Origin: Takakia lepidozioides
Lineage: Eukaryota > Plantae > Bryophyta
DNA length: 64,000 bases
Assembly: GCA_030704615.1 (NCBI GenBank)
Contig: CM060733.1
Coordinates: forward strand, 16,430,001 to 16,494,000
Direction of reading: 5' to 3'
The notes beneath the pieces were generated by a model. The model worked only from the letters and a program-made list of their open reading frames with translations. It ran no database searches and had not been told where the DNA came from. Below, one piece after another: positions 1 through 11,281 of this stretch. Position numbers and translations under genes: made by a program. How positions within the stretch are numbered: position 1 is the first letter of the stretch; every line of letters begins with the position of its first letter.

Positions 1-495
1 TAGCAAAGTGGGCTTTCCTAGAGCGATGATTGGCCCTTCATGTGGGAGATTTGGAATTTCAAGTACTTTTGGTTGTTAGAAATTCGCAAAAAATAGCAAA
101 GTGGATATATCAATATATAAAACCTCGACAAAGGAGATTGCAAAAATAGCAAAGTTGGCTTTGTTGGAACAATGACGTGGAGATCTCCCAAACTGTAGGA
201 TCTCTGGATGCATAGGGGATTGCACTTGGACTTAGATGACATTGGACAATGGAGGTCGCACTTGGGCCTCTAAATGGGAGAAGCACTTTGATACATAGGA
301 GATTGCAATAAGGCTTAGATTGCACTAAGGCTTGGATTGCACTTGGGCTTAGATTTCAATTCTTCACACATGGGCCAATGACACAGGCTACCCTAGGCCT
401 AGATCTCCCAAACGGAAGGTCTCTGCATACATATGGGATTGCACTTGGACTTAGATGACACTGGACACTTGGGCCAACGGCATAGGCTACCCTAA
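1..495 (+). mobile_element. Non-autonomous Helitron, 3' portion (same family as 15338-16047; 5' end lies outside the window)
   Basis: Colinear similarity with 15547-16047 (tagcaaagtgggctttcct..., repeated ggattgcacttgg). Ends with cttgggccaacggcataggctaccCTAA, matching the hairpin+CTAG end of the 15338 copy with a G>A change. Confidence 0.8.
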
Positions 496-682
496 TCAAT
501 ATATAAAAAGAGACGTTTATTTTGTTTTGTTTTGTTTTGTAGCGTCGTTGAGATCTCCCAAACCGCGGGGGCCCAGCCCTGGTGCTTGGTGCCGTTGGAA
601 AGCCCTCGATGAGGAGGGATGCACCGGTTTGGTCTCATAATTTTTGGACCCACGGTGTGGGAGATGTGGAATTTCAAGTGTT
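496..682 (+). mobile_element. Helitron 5' fragment joined head-to-tail to the preceding copy
   Basis: Starts TCaatatataaaaagagacgtttattttgttttg, matching the 5' end of the 15338 element. Similarity is lost near 680. Confidence 0.75.
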
Positions 683-692
683 TGTATACCTA

Positions 693-1480
693 TAGTGTAA
701 ACCAGTGTTGGACTTGTATATAGGTGAAGGACTGCTATATAGTACTGGTATATGCACTGGTACCGTTTGGGATAATACTTGGTCATATACCAGACCAGGC
801 TGGTATCAGTTTTTTCATACTAGCCACAATACCAGTACTCCCCCGCAGTCTACCTCATTTACTCTGGTATGTGTACCATATTAATTTATGTGTACATTTG
901 CCTATACATTTGTATTTATGTATATTTACTTCTAAAGCCATCTTGAATTACAAGTTTATCAAAATAACAAATATCAAGTGAAAATAAATACAATACACAT
1001 AAAGGATGATACCAGAGTTGATACCTCATACCAGCTGGTATTGTGGTCTTGATACTCATAGTCATACCAATATTTGGACAAATATACATCCACCGTTATA
1101 TAGACCAGACTGATATGAAAACTTTGTGATACGCCAGGTACTAGGACCAGACTGGTATGTAAAAAAAACACGAAAAATGCGGTGTACGCCGGTGAGACAT
1201 GTTTGCAAACAAGAAAAAAGAAGGACAAACAAGAAGAAATGAGGGTTAGCAAGAAGAAGGAAATACATGGCAAGGGTTTTTTAAGTACAATCTGCTCTTT
1301 GCGCTTCCCTCCTCTGCCCTCCGCCCCTCCTGTCCCTGTCGTCCTCTCCATCGCCATCAGCAACGATGTGCCCTACAAACAAGTCCCAAAATAACGCTCA
1401 AGTCCCAAGTTCCAAGTCCTAAAATCAATGAGGGGCGGTTTACACTAAGCTGGGCGGTTTACACCAGTGTTGGACTGGTA
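693..1480. mobile_element. Possible degenerate DNA-transposon segment
   Basis: 11-bp inverted repeat tagtgtaaacc (693-703)/ggtttacacta (1437-1447), direct repeat accagtgttggact at ~701 and ~1463, many accag/ctggtat motifs. No TSD found. Confidence 0.3.
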
Positions 1481-1822
1481 TCAAGCAGGGCCGGGGTTTT
1501 CAGACCATGGCAAATGAAACCCCGGCTCTAGAATCTGCGAAACCAGCAATATACCTCTGCTTAGAGGTATCTGCTCATCTCGCTTTACTTTTGTTTGCTT
1601 TGCTTTTGTATCGTTTTATATTTCTTAGATCTAATCTCAATCTATGTTTGATTGCAATGATATAGCCAAGACATGACGTTTGTCTTCTCATCTATCGTCA
1701 TTGTATGCGGTGGGACGATTGTTGGAGAGTAAGTTCAAGGGCATGGATGATAAATTGATTGCGCTGCAAATCTCTCTAATTAGTGATGTCAAGGAGAATG
1801 TTCATGATCTCAAAGAAGATTA

Positions 1823-1936
1823 CAAGGGTCTCCGAAATGATTCGAAAGAAACCGTGCACGAGGTGAAGGAGCTCAACCATGGTTTCAAGGGTTTCCGAAA
1901 TGATTTTAAAGAGACTATGCACGAGCTGAAGGAGCT
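1823..1936 (+). repeat. 63-nt tandem duplication encoding a 21-aa coiled-coil-like repeat inside ORF 1680-1955
   Basis: caagggtctccgaaatgattcgaaagaaaccgtgcacgaggtgaaggagct vs caagggtttccgaaatgattttaaagagactatgcacgagctgaaggagct (KGLRNDSKETVHEVKEL / KGFRNDFKETMHELKEL). Confidence 0.6.
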
Positions 1937-4698
1937 TGTTTCGAAGAAAAGTTAGGTAAGTGTAAGGACAAGTTGATTTCATTGTTTCAGGATCTCGATA
2001 TCAAAATTCGAAAGTAATGTTGAATGTGTGGGCCTACAGATGTATTGACATCCTCGATCTAGGACTGCCACGCAGAAGCAACAGAACGAAGACATCAAAT
2101 ATTTATAACAATGAGAATTTGAAAATTAGGAAGACCGTTTGCAATGGCCACCTCGGATGCGAAAATTTAAGATGTTAGCATTTCATTCTCTGTAGGATTC
2201 AAAATCAATGTGAATGGGAAGGTGTCTCCGAAAATCCATTCAAGCTTGAAAAATCTCTCCTTTCAACAATAATTTCGTCTGCAAGTTCTCTAAAATTGTT
2301 TTGACTAAATGAAGCCATGTTTGGTACTAACACATTAATATGTATTGTACTATATAATGATACATACATATAAACATCAATATAAAGTCTATTTTGACAT
2401 TAGGTTGACTTGAACCATACTGTACTAGATTTTTTCTGTTTGTACTACAAGACAATGTTCGGACGTTACGACCAAGATTCGTAACATGCTGATGCGGATC
2501 CTCCTTCCAATGACTTTCGACGCTAGTATACATGGTTCTATTCTCGCTATGGTGGTATCATCTGAATTGACGATATCAGCCACATTGCGTGAAATTCATG
2601 AAAGATCCAGATTTGCGGGATTCCGATTTCCACAATTTGAATTGAGGTCTTCTCATGTCGAATGATGCTTCATAAGTCCTCATCACGATTCACTGAACAA
2701 AAAAAAAAAACAAATGAGACATTTCCTAACCGATTTTGAAGTACCGTGAAGCCACGAATGAAAAAAAAAAAAAGGAAATAAATACAACCGAAAGTTTAAA
2801 GAATTATCATGATCAGCGAAAGTTTATCTGCGACCCCTTGGCATCGCAACAAAGTTTTTAGATAAAATTTTAAAATACGAGGTGAGGTGATGTTGCAACT
2901 CAAAAGCATTGCACCATAATCCACTAAAAAAAAATTGTTTTAGTGTCGCAACGGCTGGAAGTCGTGAATATAAATTACTTAAAAAATCGTATTGTAAAAA
3001 AGAATGTCAAGTGTAATCTCGCAACAAAAAAGGTTGCGAGATGACCCGGCACTACCAAATTAAAAAACGATTTCGTGAAAGTGCAAATTTCAGTTTGCGA
3101 GGTTGGCCAACCATAACTTGAATCTGCGATATTTTTCCATTGTATATGGGTTGACCACAACGTCGAAAACCCCCCTTAAAGTGTGGTGAACATACAATAT
3201 TCTGAAGCCATACAATAAATTTTGAGATGTTTTGATGAATGTTTTGGGTTTGTTATATCATATTAGATGAATATAGATAGCACGTAATGTGTGGTTAATT
3301 TACAAACCAACATTCAACGAATGGCGCATTAGTAAACAACTATGTGAGACTGGATGTTTACTTACTAAAAAAATTAAGCACATGAGCAATAATTGAATGA
3401 AAGTTTCATTTTTGATGCAACATGAATAAACGAGTTTATCAGCTAGTAAAGGGGGGAATGGGTTGGTGTCTCAACACTATCGCATATTTTGACCTTCGAA
3501 TTGGGGGATAGAATGGGAGACACTCTTGTCCACTTTTAATCACTAAGATGTTAGATTGAGCTTGTAAAAAAACTTTGTATTGTATCATAGCTATTTCAAG
3601 CCCCTTGTATGTCATCACCTATTTCATTGGACTTGCCTTGCATGAAACTTAGATGGAGGTCTCATTTGTTAGACTCAACAGACAGAACTAGTCGGTCCAC
3701 TCATCTCCCTTTGCAGACAATGCAAACGCTTACATTGCCAAGGTGAGTAATCCGATGACAAAAGAAAACCCATTATACAATCTGCCTCTTTTATAAAGAT
3801 GAGATATAATTCTTCAATTCCATCCTACTAGTGAGATATAACTTTTATTTATAAAATTTGAATAGCCCATCATTATCATCATCATTATTATTATTGGGTG
3901 TGAATGATTTCACCTTCCAACCTCTTCGATGGAGTCCCCAACTTGCTCAGTGTGGCCTTTCAAGCATGCTCAACATAAATTGGATGCGCAATAAGAAATG
4001 AGACGTAAACTAATTAAGGTCCTCAGGCGTATGAGGCACAAACCTTGATCTGTTGGCTGTCTATGGCCTAACAGCCTTTCTCTAGCCGGTGGGTGTTATC
4101 TTCTTCTGTGAATCTCTTCGGCCTCCTTGCTGAGATGGTAGGCTCAGTTGTAAGTTCTATTGCCCAACAAAATTTACGCTTCCTTGGGGAGGCGTCACAT
4201 ATATATATATATATTGCCAATTGCTTACAAGTGTCTTCGCTGCCGCAGATTTGGTGAGCATGTTTTGATCTAACTTAGCTGGGCCTCTTCAATTATACAA
4301 GAAGGAAACTCAAAACATATATAAGAGAAAACATCCCCTCACTTTTAGGAAGGATGGGTACAGTGACAACGTGGCTGGCCAGAAAGGCTGTTTATTGTGA
4401 TATTTTGGCCAAAATTAGGATGAAATATCTCAAATTAAGGGCCATCCAATTTGGGGAGTTTTCTGAATAAAAATTGAAAAAGAATGGCAGAGGAGAGAGA
4501 GGAGAGGCCTGTGAGAGCAGGGTGCCTGAGCCCTAAAGAGCATGGAGGGTTTGCAAGGGTTTGCTGGCTTGCTGGCTTGCTTGAATGATTGAACGGGGAT
4601 CGAGAGGGAGCAAGGATTGCAGGAGGAGGGGCAACAATTGAGAGTGAGCTTCAAGTGGAGGGGCGATGTGGGAGGGAGTAATCGGGTGATGAGCGGCC

Positions 4699-7600
4699 AT
4701 GAGCAGGTTGTCATTCAGGCCTCGCCCTTTGGACATCCACAAGAAGCTCCCCATTGTCAAGTCTGTTAAGGACCTTGATACCGATGATGGTGCGAGTGTC
4801 TCTCGCAGTGTCCCGCACGGCCACAATGCGCTGGATGCCGACAATGAGCTGGTGAGTTGTCGTTGCTTTGTTTGTCCTTAAATTCCTGACGCAGGATTGA
4901 CACGCACACACTCTCCTTTTCCTTCTGTGGCGTGAGGTGGACACTTCCTAAAGTAGTGGGTTGCTCGTTGAGAGGTGACAGGCTCTGTCGACACCTGCAA
5001 GGAGAGGAGGAGGCTCTGAGATTCCCACACCGGAGTTTGTGGTAGTGGATTCATACGAAAGGGATTACACTCGCTCTTTTGCTCAGCCTCCTTCATACAT
5101 ACGTGGGCGGGGAGGTGAGTAACAAGTTTCTCGTTTACTTGGTTCCATCTCTCCGCGAACCAGTGACAACTTTTGCATCGTTGAGTTTAGATGGATGTAC
5201 AATGGATCTTACGGTGATTGCAATTTCTTATCGTCTTTTGTTACCTGAAGCTCTTTATGGTTGCAAGCTGGGTGGTACAGTCACCACTGCGCATCAATCT
5301 TAAATCATTAAACTTCAGGCTCCTGCCCACCTATTGAGATTCACTTGTCACCATCCGACATTGCTCACCCTACCGTCCCCTGATGACCTGTCTGTGTTCC
5401 GCGTGATTTACAATTTAGTGTTCTGAACAAAAGTGTGGTTGTTCGGTTTTAGATTTGTGGTTTGGTCTGCTTAGGATACTTCCTCGCCAAGTGAAGTGGA
5501 AAATGCCTGTTGTGAGCGGGGTGGCCTCACATTGTATTTTGGTCTTTGAGTTACTGACCATGTGTGAAGGATGGTTGCAAATTTGCAGGAAGGAGTGAAA
5601 CTGTAGAGTACGTGGAGTACGATTTGGATGATGAGGACGAAGACTGGCTATTGCAGCTCAACAATGAGCGCAAACAGTTGTCGTCTGAAAGGTTCTCATC
5701 TGCCTTTTGTTTTTGTTTTTCTTGTCAGAGACGATCTGGAGCACCAAAGGACTGTTAGGAGTCCTCCAGCAGTTGGTAACTACACGGCCACATGCTGAAT
5801 GATGTTGGTAACAAGTCGTAAGCTGTGGCCTTCTGGCCACTTGATTCTGATGATAGCTTGGAACTGCTGCTGCGAGCACCTGACTTGCTGGACATGTATT
5901 GAATGGATATCTGGGGAGTTGGTATAGCCCAGTGAATCTGTTACTTCAACGATACTGCAGTCCTGGCAACCACTAGAGAAAACATGATCCTCGCGCAGAG
6001 GCCCACACGTTTCACAATTAGTAAGTGACAGGTGACGCATGCCTGTAGGTTTGAGTGGATGTTATTTAAATTGGAGATTCTGGACTGCAAGGCACGAGAG
6101 CGAGCAGGTGGGATGCTTACCATGCTTGGGTTTCCCACGTCTGTGCTTCTTACCCGTGATGCAGCTATCGAGGTACTACCTTTTCCCAGGGCAGCTTACA
6201 CGGACTCCCTTGTTTATCCAAAATTTAACCTGTCTCACAGCAGGGTTTGGCAGGGAGGCTTAGCAAACTACTGTGGGTGAGCTATTTTCTATTGGTAGTA
6301 GAGGGTGAAACCGTAAGAAGTGTGACTGCCTGGAGTATTGGCCTGCTGGCATATCAGTGAGGCTCGCGCCTTGGAAACTCTAGCTCTTGCCGACAAAGGT
6401 GTGGACCTAGCTGCAACCTTGTGCAATCTGCAAGTGATAAGTCTTGAGTTATGAGATTGAGAGTTGTGGTTGTTGGAAAGCTCAGACATGAGTTCCTGCC
6501 CAGGTTATGCGGGCGCAATTGAGCAGGTTTACAGTGCTCGTGGCCGTGTATGACTATTGGAAGGCTAAGGTTAGTTTCTCTTCTCTTGTCTTCTGCTTTC
6601 TACCTGTAAGAGAGTGGTGTATTCATCACAAAAACTAATCACGGGTGAAATGACCCTACCATTCATCATTGCACATCTTGTGTCTGTGGTGGAGAATGAA
6701 CTTTTCTGATATTTACCCAGCTCAGTGTCAAGTGTTTGGTTTCTTTGAAAGAGAATTTTGGGAGGTGGTTTATGCTACTTGCACGTCTTGCACTTGATAT
6801 TTTGTGAACGCATTTGTCTGATTTCAATGTTTAAATGGTTGCTGAGACTTGTGGGCTGTACTGTAGCAAGTCTTTTAAGTGCATCCTCAAAGTTGTTCTC
6901 AATTAAAGGAAGCTTATTGTAACAAACCCTTTTATGTAGCTTCAACCTCATTTGTTGGTTGGTAATGCATAACTCTCGTTGGGATGGAGGCGTTCAAGCA
7001 ATCTTTCTTTCTTTGATATTAAATCAATAAAACTGGTAGAAGGTGGAAGGTGGTGGGAAGAACCTAGTAACAATTCTCTTCTCGTGGTACAGACTGATTG
7101 TGGAAAGGATTTGCTGCAGTTGGTGTTTGTGCAATTAAAGTGTGGGCGTGGTTTGCTGTCTTGTTAGCTCAGCGAGAACGCTGGCAAAAGCCCATCCTTC
7201 GTCGCTTGCAGGTGTGTTCCTTTCTTTCACTTGGTTTCCTTTCTGTTATCGCCTTGTCTTTGCTATCCTTCAATAACAGTGAGATGACCTCTGCTGCATG
7301 CTGTCTAAGTTATTGTGTGTAAGAATGCAGGTACTTTTTGTGAAGTGGAGGTGTTTCTAGAGTCTGCAAGCTATATTTGTTTTTGATTTCACAACTAAAA
7401 TGTGCCATTTATGCTTATGGATCGGCTTGCTTGCTGGTGGTCATGAACTCAACTTAAAGGGGTTTGCTGGTCTGCGTGAGGTTAGGATGTGCAGCTGTTG
7501 GGTGGAAATGCAAAATTCGGGGATGCTTTGGAAGTAAAAATAATGTTGCTGGCATTTGGAATTGATGAAAATTGATGTCACGCAGCCCCCTCCACCAGTG

Positions 7601-10600
7601 AACGACACAAATCCATTCAATGTCTTCAGACCAAGGGAAAAGGTCCATCGACCTCACACTCGGCGTGTAAGGCTCTTTATTCTTTTCCAATCTTTTTGTG
7701 TGTTAATATTGTGGGAAGGTAATGCTTGTCTGATATCCTCGGGGAAGCTGTCTGATAGACTGTAGTCGTACATTTTTAATGTTATTGCAAACAAGTTTTT
7801 GTTTTTTCTTCATTTGGACCACTTGGTTTGGGTGTCACGTCATGCACCTTCTGAGTCATTGGGGGGAAATGAAGTAGATGTTGTGGTTGCATGCTGTAGT
7901 GAGGTATTAACCTGAGGGGCTGTCCAGGAGCTAAAGCTTCAGGGTGTGCTGAATCAGTGTCTAAGTAAGGGTGTCACCAAGAGAGGCTAGCATTTGCTCT
8001 AACGTTGACTTGTAATTTTGATCTGTGTGTGGTTTGGGGTGTTATGACTGTGGCAATAACAGATGCAGAGGCGGGAGAATGATGTGCAGTCCTTTGAGAA
8101 GCTCCGCCAGGTAACTTGGGCTATCATCGCTTGCTTTCTGCAGCAGAGATCTTCCAATGTGTGTGGACTATCTATGTGTCTCCGATCCACACATGCTCCC
8201 ATGGGATCTTTGTCGCTGCTTGCTCCTGTACATTGTTAGTGTATGCTGTCCGCAAGTGTAGTACCTAGTTTTTTATGCAATCTTTGAGATGTTGCATCTC
8301 TCAGACAAGTAGATGTTAGACCAGTGATAGTTTCAGATCCCGTCAAATCCAGGGTTTCTTGATGGTTCAGCCTGGTTGCCATGCTCAAACTGCTTAAATA
8401 GTTTGGTCGTTCGTGCAGGTTCGTCGGAATTTGGAGCAAGTCAGAGGTTTAATGCGTGCCTTGCAGCAGGTATATCATTCTAGTGTGGGTATATCTGAGG
8501 GGAGATTTATTGTTGGGAACTCTCTTTGCTGCAATGATGATTAGTCAGTTTTGCATGAACTGTGGAGTGTTTGAAATCGGGATAAATTTCATGTCCGTAA
8601 GGTGGAGACAGTATGTCATGGACATGGACAATGCATGAAATGTATGCCAACCTGATTGATGTTCATCGGGCAAGCTTTTATGGGAGTGGATTATACTGCC
8701 AATTGAACCTTTTTTCAGTTTAGTAATTGTCAGGTGGGAGTTGACTACACAAAGTTGCTGTGGACTTATAACCTTGCAATCCGCTGTACTACTGTTTGAC
8801 GCAGAGGGAAGAAAAGAAGCGTGAGCTTGTTGAATGCGAAGCAAATTCGCAAAGACTCCACATCAAATTGAAGGTTGGTAGCCTATGCTTCTCTCCTTTT
8901 TCCTCTGTTCTCTCGTTCACCCACTTTTGAGAGGTGCTTGATTAGAGAATAGCTTTGTGTGGTGCTTCCCTAAGTGATATCTTGAGGACCAGTAGATTCT
9001 GTATTTTTATGGCACAGTGCTAGTGACCCAAGCAGCTGCAAACTTGGACTTTATGGCTCAAAAATTGTAGTCACTTATCAAGTCCAAACAACAAAGTCCA
9101 AAGTGTTTCAGAAGGAGGCAGATTTGATCTGTATCGCCCACCTCTAGTTGTACTATCATGCAAACTCGGAAGCATGTTCAACCTTGCTAATGAATACTTG
9201 TTGTGTGATCAGGTGGGATTTCAGCTTTTTTCTGTCAATTCAATGAGGATAAGTTACTATCCTATTAAGCGTTTTGGCAAAGACCTAGTGGTGTCTTCTG
9301 ATTGAGTACGTGGTCAAGATGTTGTGTCAACAGTACCAGGGTAATCTGACTGTAGCATTTAAGTGGGCACGGTTGGGAGTATTTGGCGACCCTCCTGAAT
9401 GAACTTGACTCCAATTTGTGTACGGTAACACAAAGTGGTAGGTGTTCATTTAGCAAGGGATCGATATTGGGGCCTTCTCTCTTTAGGGGTCTTCTCTCTG
9501 ACAAATGGGAGATGTGTGTGCAGCATGATGCTGTGCGGCTGGACAGTGAGGAGGAGGGTTTCATGTCGGGCAAGTTTGCATACACTGATGACAGTCATCC
9601 CCAAGGACGTCTCTCCTCTTTACTAATGGGAACAGCTGATCAAGCCAATGGAGTGATGCGGGTATACCCTGCCTTTGAGCTTGCAACACCTGTCACAGAC
9701 AGTGCATTTATTGGAGAACAGTTGGATCAGTTGAGGCGAAAGCGGAAGCCAAGGCGTTTCCCTCAACCCCGTGGCCGACCCAGGAAAAGAGTGGGTGTTT
9801 CTTTTCCCCCCTGCTTTTCTATTCGATTCTCATGTCCTCATCACTTTATCGTAAATCACTTTAAGTCAACAATCATAGCCCGTCAAACAGGCTCGTGGGA
9901 GACCTGCTACCAAAACAATCTGACTATTTGCACTACTAGGTAGGTTGCTGCTATTTTTTGGGTTTTTTACTTTTTACACGCTCAAGATGGGGGATTCTGC
10001 GAATGTTCTGTATTCATCAGCAAAGAGTAAAAAAGGATGGATGACTCATGCCAAAGCAAGCGTACACTATGGTGTCATTTCACCCTGAAAGGTGGACACC
10101 TTCTACATATTCATCAGCAATACTGGGGCCCGTAGTCTGTATTTTCATTGCTATGCATTGGTATTTTTTGCTTCTCCATGCGGAACTTTTCCCTTGCCTA
10201 TAGGAACGAGAACTAATTGGGATCGTAAGTGTCTTTGTCTTGATGGTATGGGAGGTGTGATGTTGGGTAGCAGCAGCAATCGCGTGAGATAGTTTTCCCA
10301 CTTAGTATGCTAACTTCATATGACAGTTTGGCAGTTCCTGAATCTGTTTTGTTTTTCCCCCTGGGGGTGCCTTGGGGTTGGGTCTGGCAGATTACAAGCA
10401 TGGACTCCCTGGAGCCTGTTCTGTTGTTCACAAAACCTTTAGATGCAGAGAAGCTAGCAGCAGCAGGTATCAACCACCTGGAGAATGGAAATGCTGCACC
10501 GCCCTACCGACTTCATGCTAGATTTGGTCGTGGGGGCCGCATAGTGTTTGATCGATGGGACCCACTGACTCGCACACCTTTAAGTCGCTCTAGCAACCAA

Positions 10601-10753
10601 TTTACTCCATTTCCATTTGCACACCCTGTGAATAGCATTCGGGTACCCCGACCTGCAAGGCCCAGTGTAGTAGACTCAATCCTAAACACTTCTGACACAG
10701 TAGATGGACTGGCCGAACACCATCCACCAAGTACCAGTGAAGCACCCTGTTGA
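4699..10753 (+). CDS. EPL1: Enhancer of polycomb-like protein (NuA4/Piccolo subunit), 12 exons: 4699-4851, 4982-5114, 5589-5691, 6049-6172, 6504-6569, 7173-7211, 7586-7666, 8063-8110, 8419-8469, 8805-8873, 9524-9790, 10391-10753 (~498 aa)
   Basis: Hallmark plant EPL1 peptides MSRLSFRPRPLDIHKKLPIVK, EIPTPEFVVVDSYERDY, VEYDLDDEDEDWL, RERWQKPILRRLQPPPPVNDTNPFNVFRPREK, MQRRENDVQSFEKLRQVRRNL, EPVLLFTKPL, GRGGRIVFDRW. All introns are GT-AG with consistent phases, summing to 1497 nt. Confidence 0.95.
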
Positions 10754-11281
10754 TTGGTGCAGTTTTATAATGCAATTGATTGAGATCGCAATTGGGAATT
10801 GCTACCTACTTGCTGTCCCCTCTTTGAGATGCTTCCATTCTTGTATCTTCTGCGTGCTCCAGTCAGTTGTTCTTCATTGGCATACTTGTAAACTGTTCAA
10901 AAAAGCAGGGACCTTCTCTTCTGGTTTGTGTTCTTCTACTTCCCTGCCAAAGGTCAGAGTCTTCAAATTTTCAAGGCACTATCCAAGCTCCAAGCTTACA
11001 TCCTGGGTCTTCATTCTTCCGATGTAATCTTCTTGAGGAACCAGATGTACATGTTTCTCTCCATGAAACCATAGAAACTGAAACATGCACTGTAGTCTCC
11101 TCTCATACATTACAAGTTTGCACAAGGCAGAAGGTCTCAAACTGATAAGGTCGGGATAGACAATACTGTGAATGAGAAGAGGATGGAATATCATCCCGGT
11201 GGATGACGGCATCCATGAGGAGACAAACTTGGTTCTTGTTGGGAGGGGTGGAGGTGGAAGAAGTGGGGGGACGAGAGCGCG

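Noticed and set aside
2560-3170. CACTA element (CACTAC at 3050 with tcgcaac/gttgcga motifs)
   Set aside because: Motifs occur on both sides of the putative end, with no partner TIR or coding remnant. Too degraded to call.
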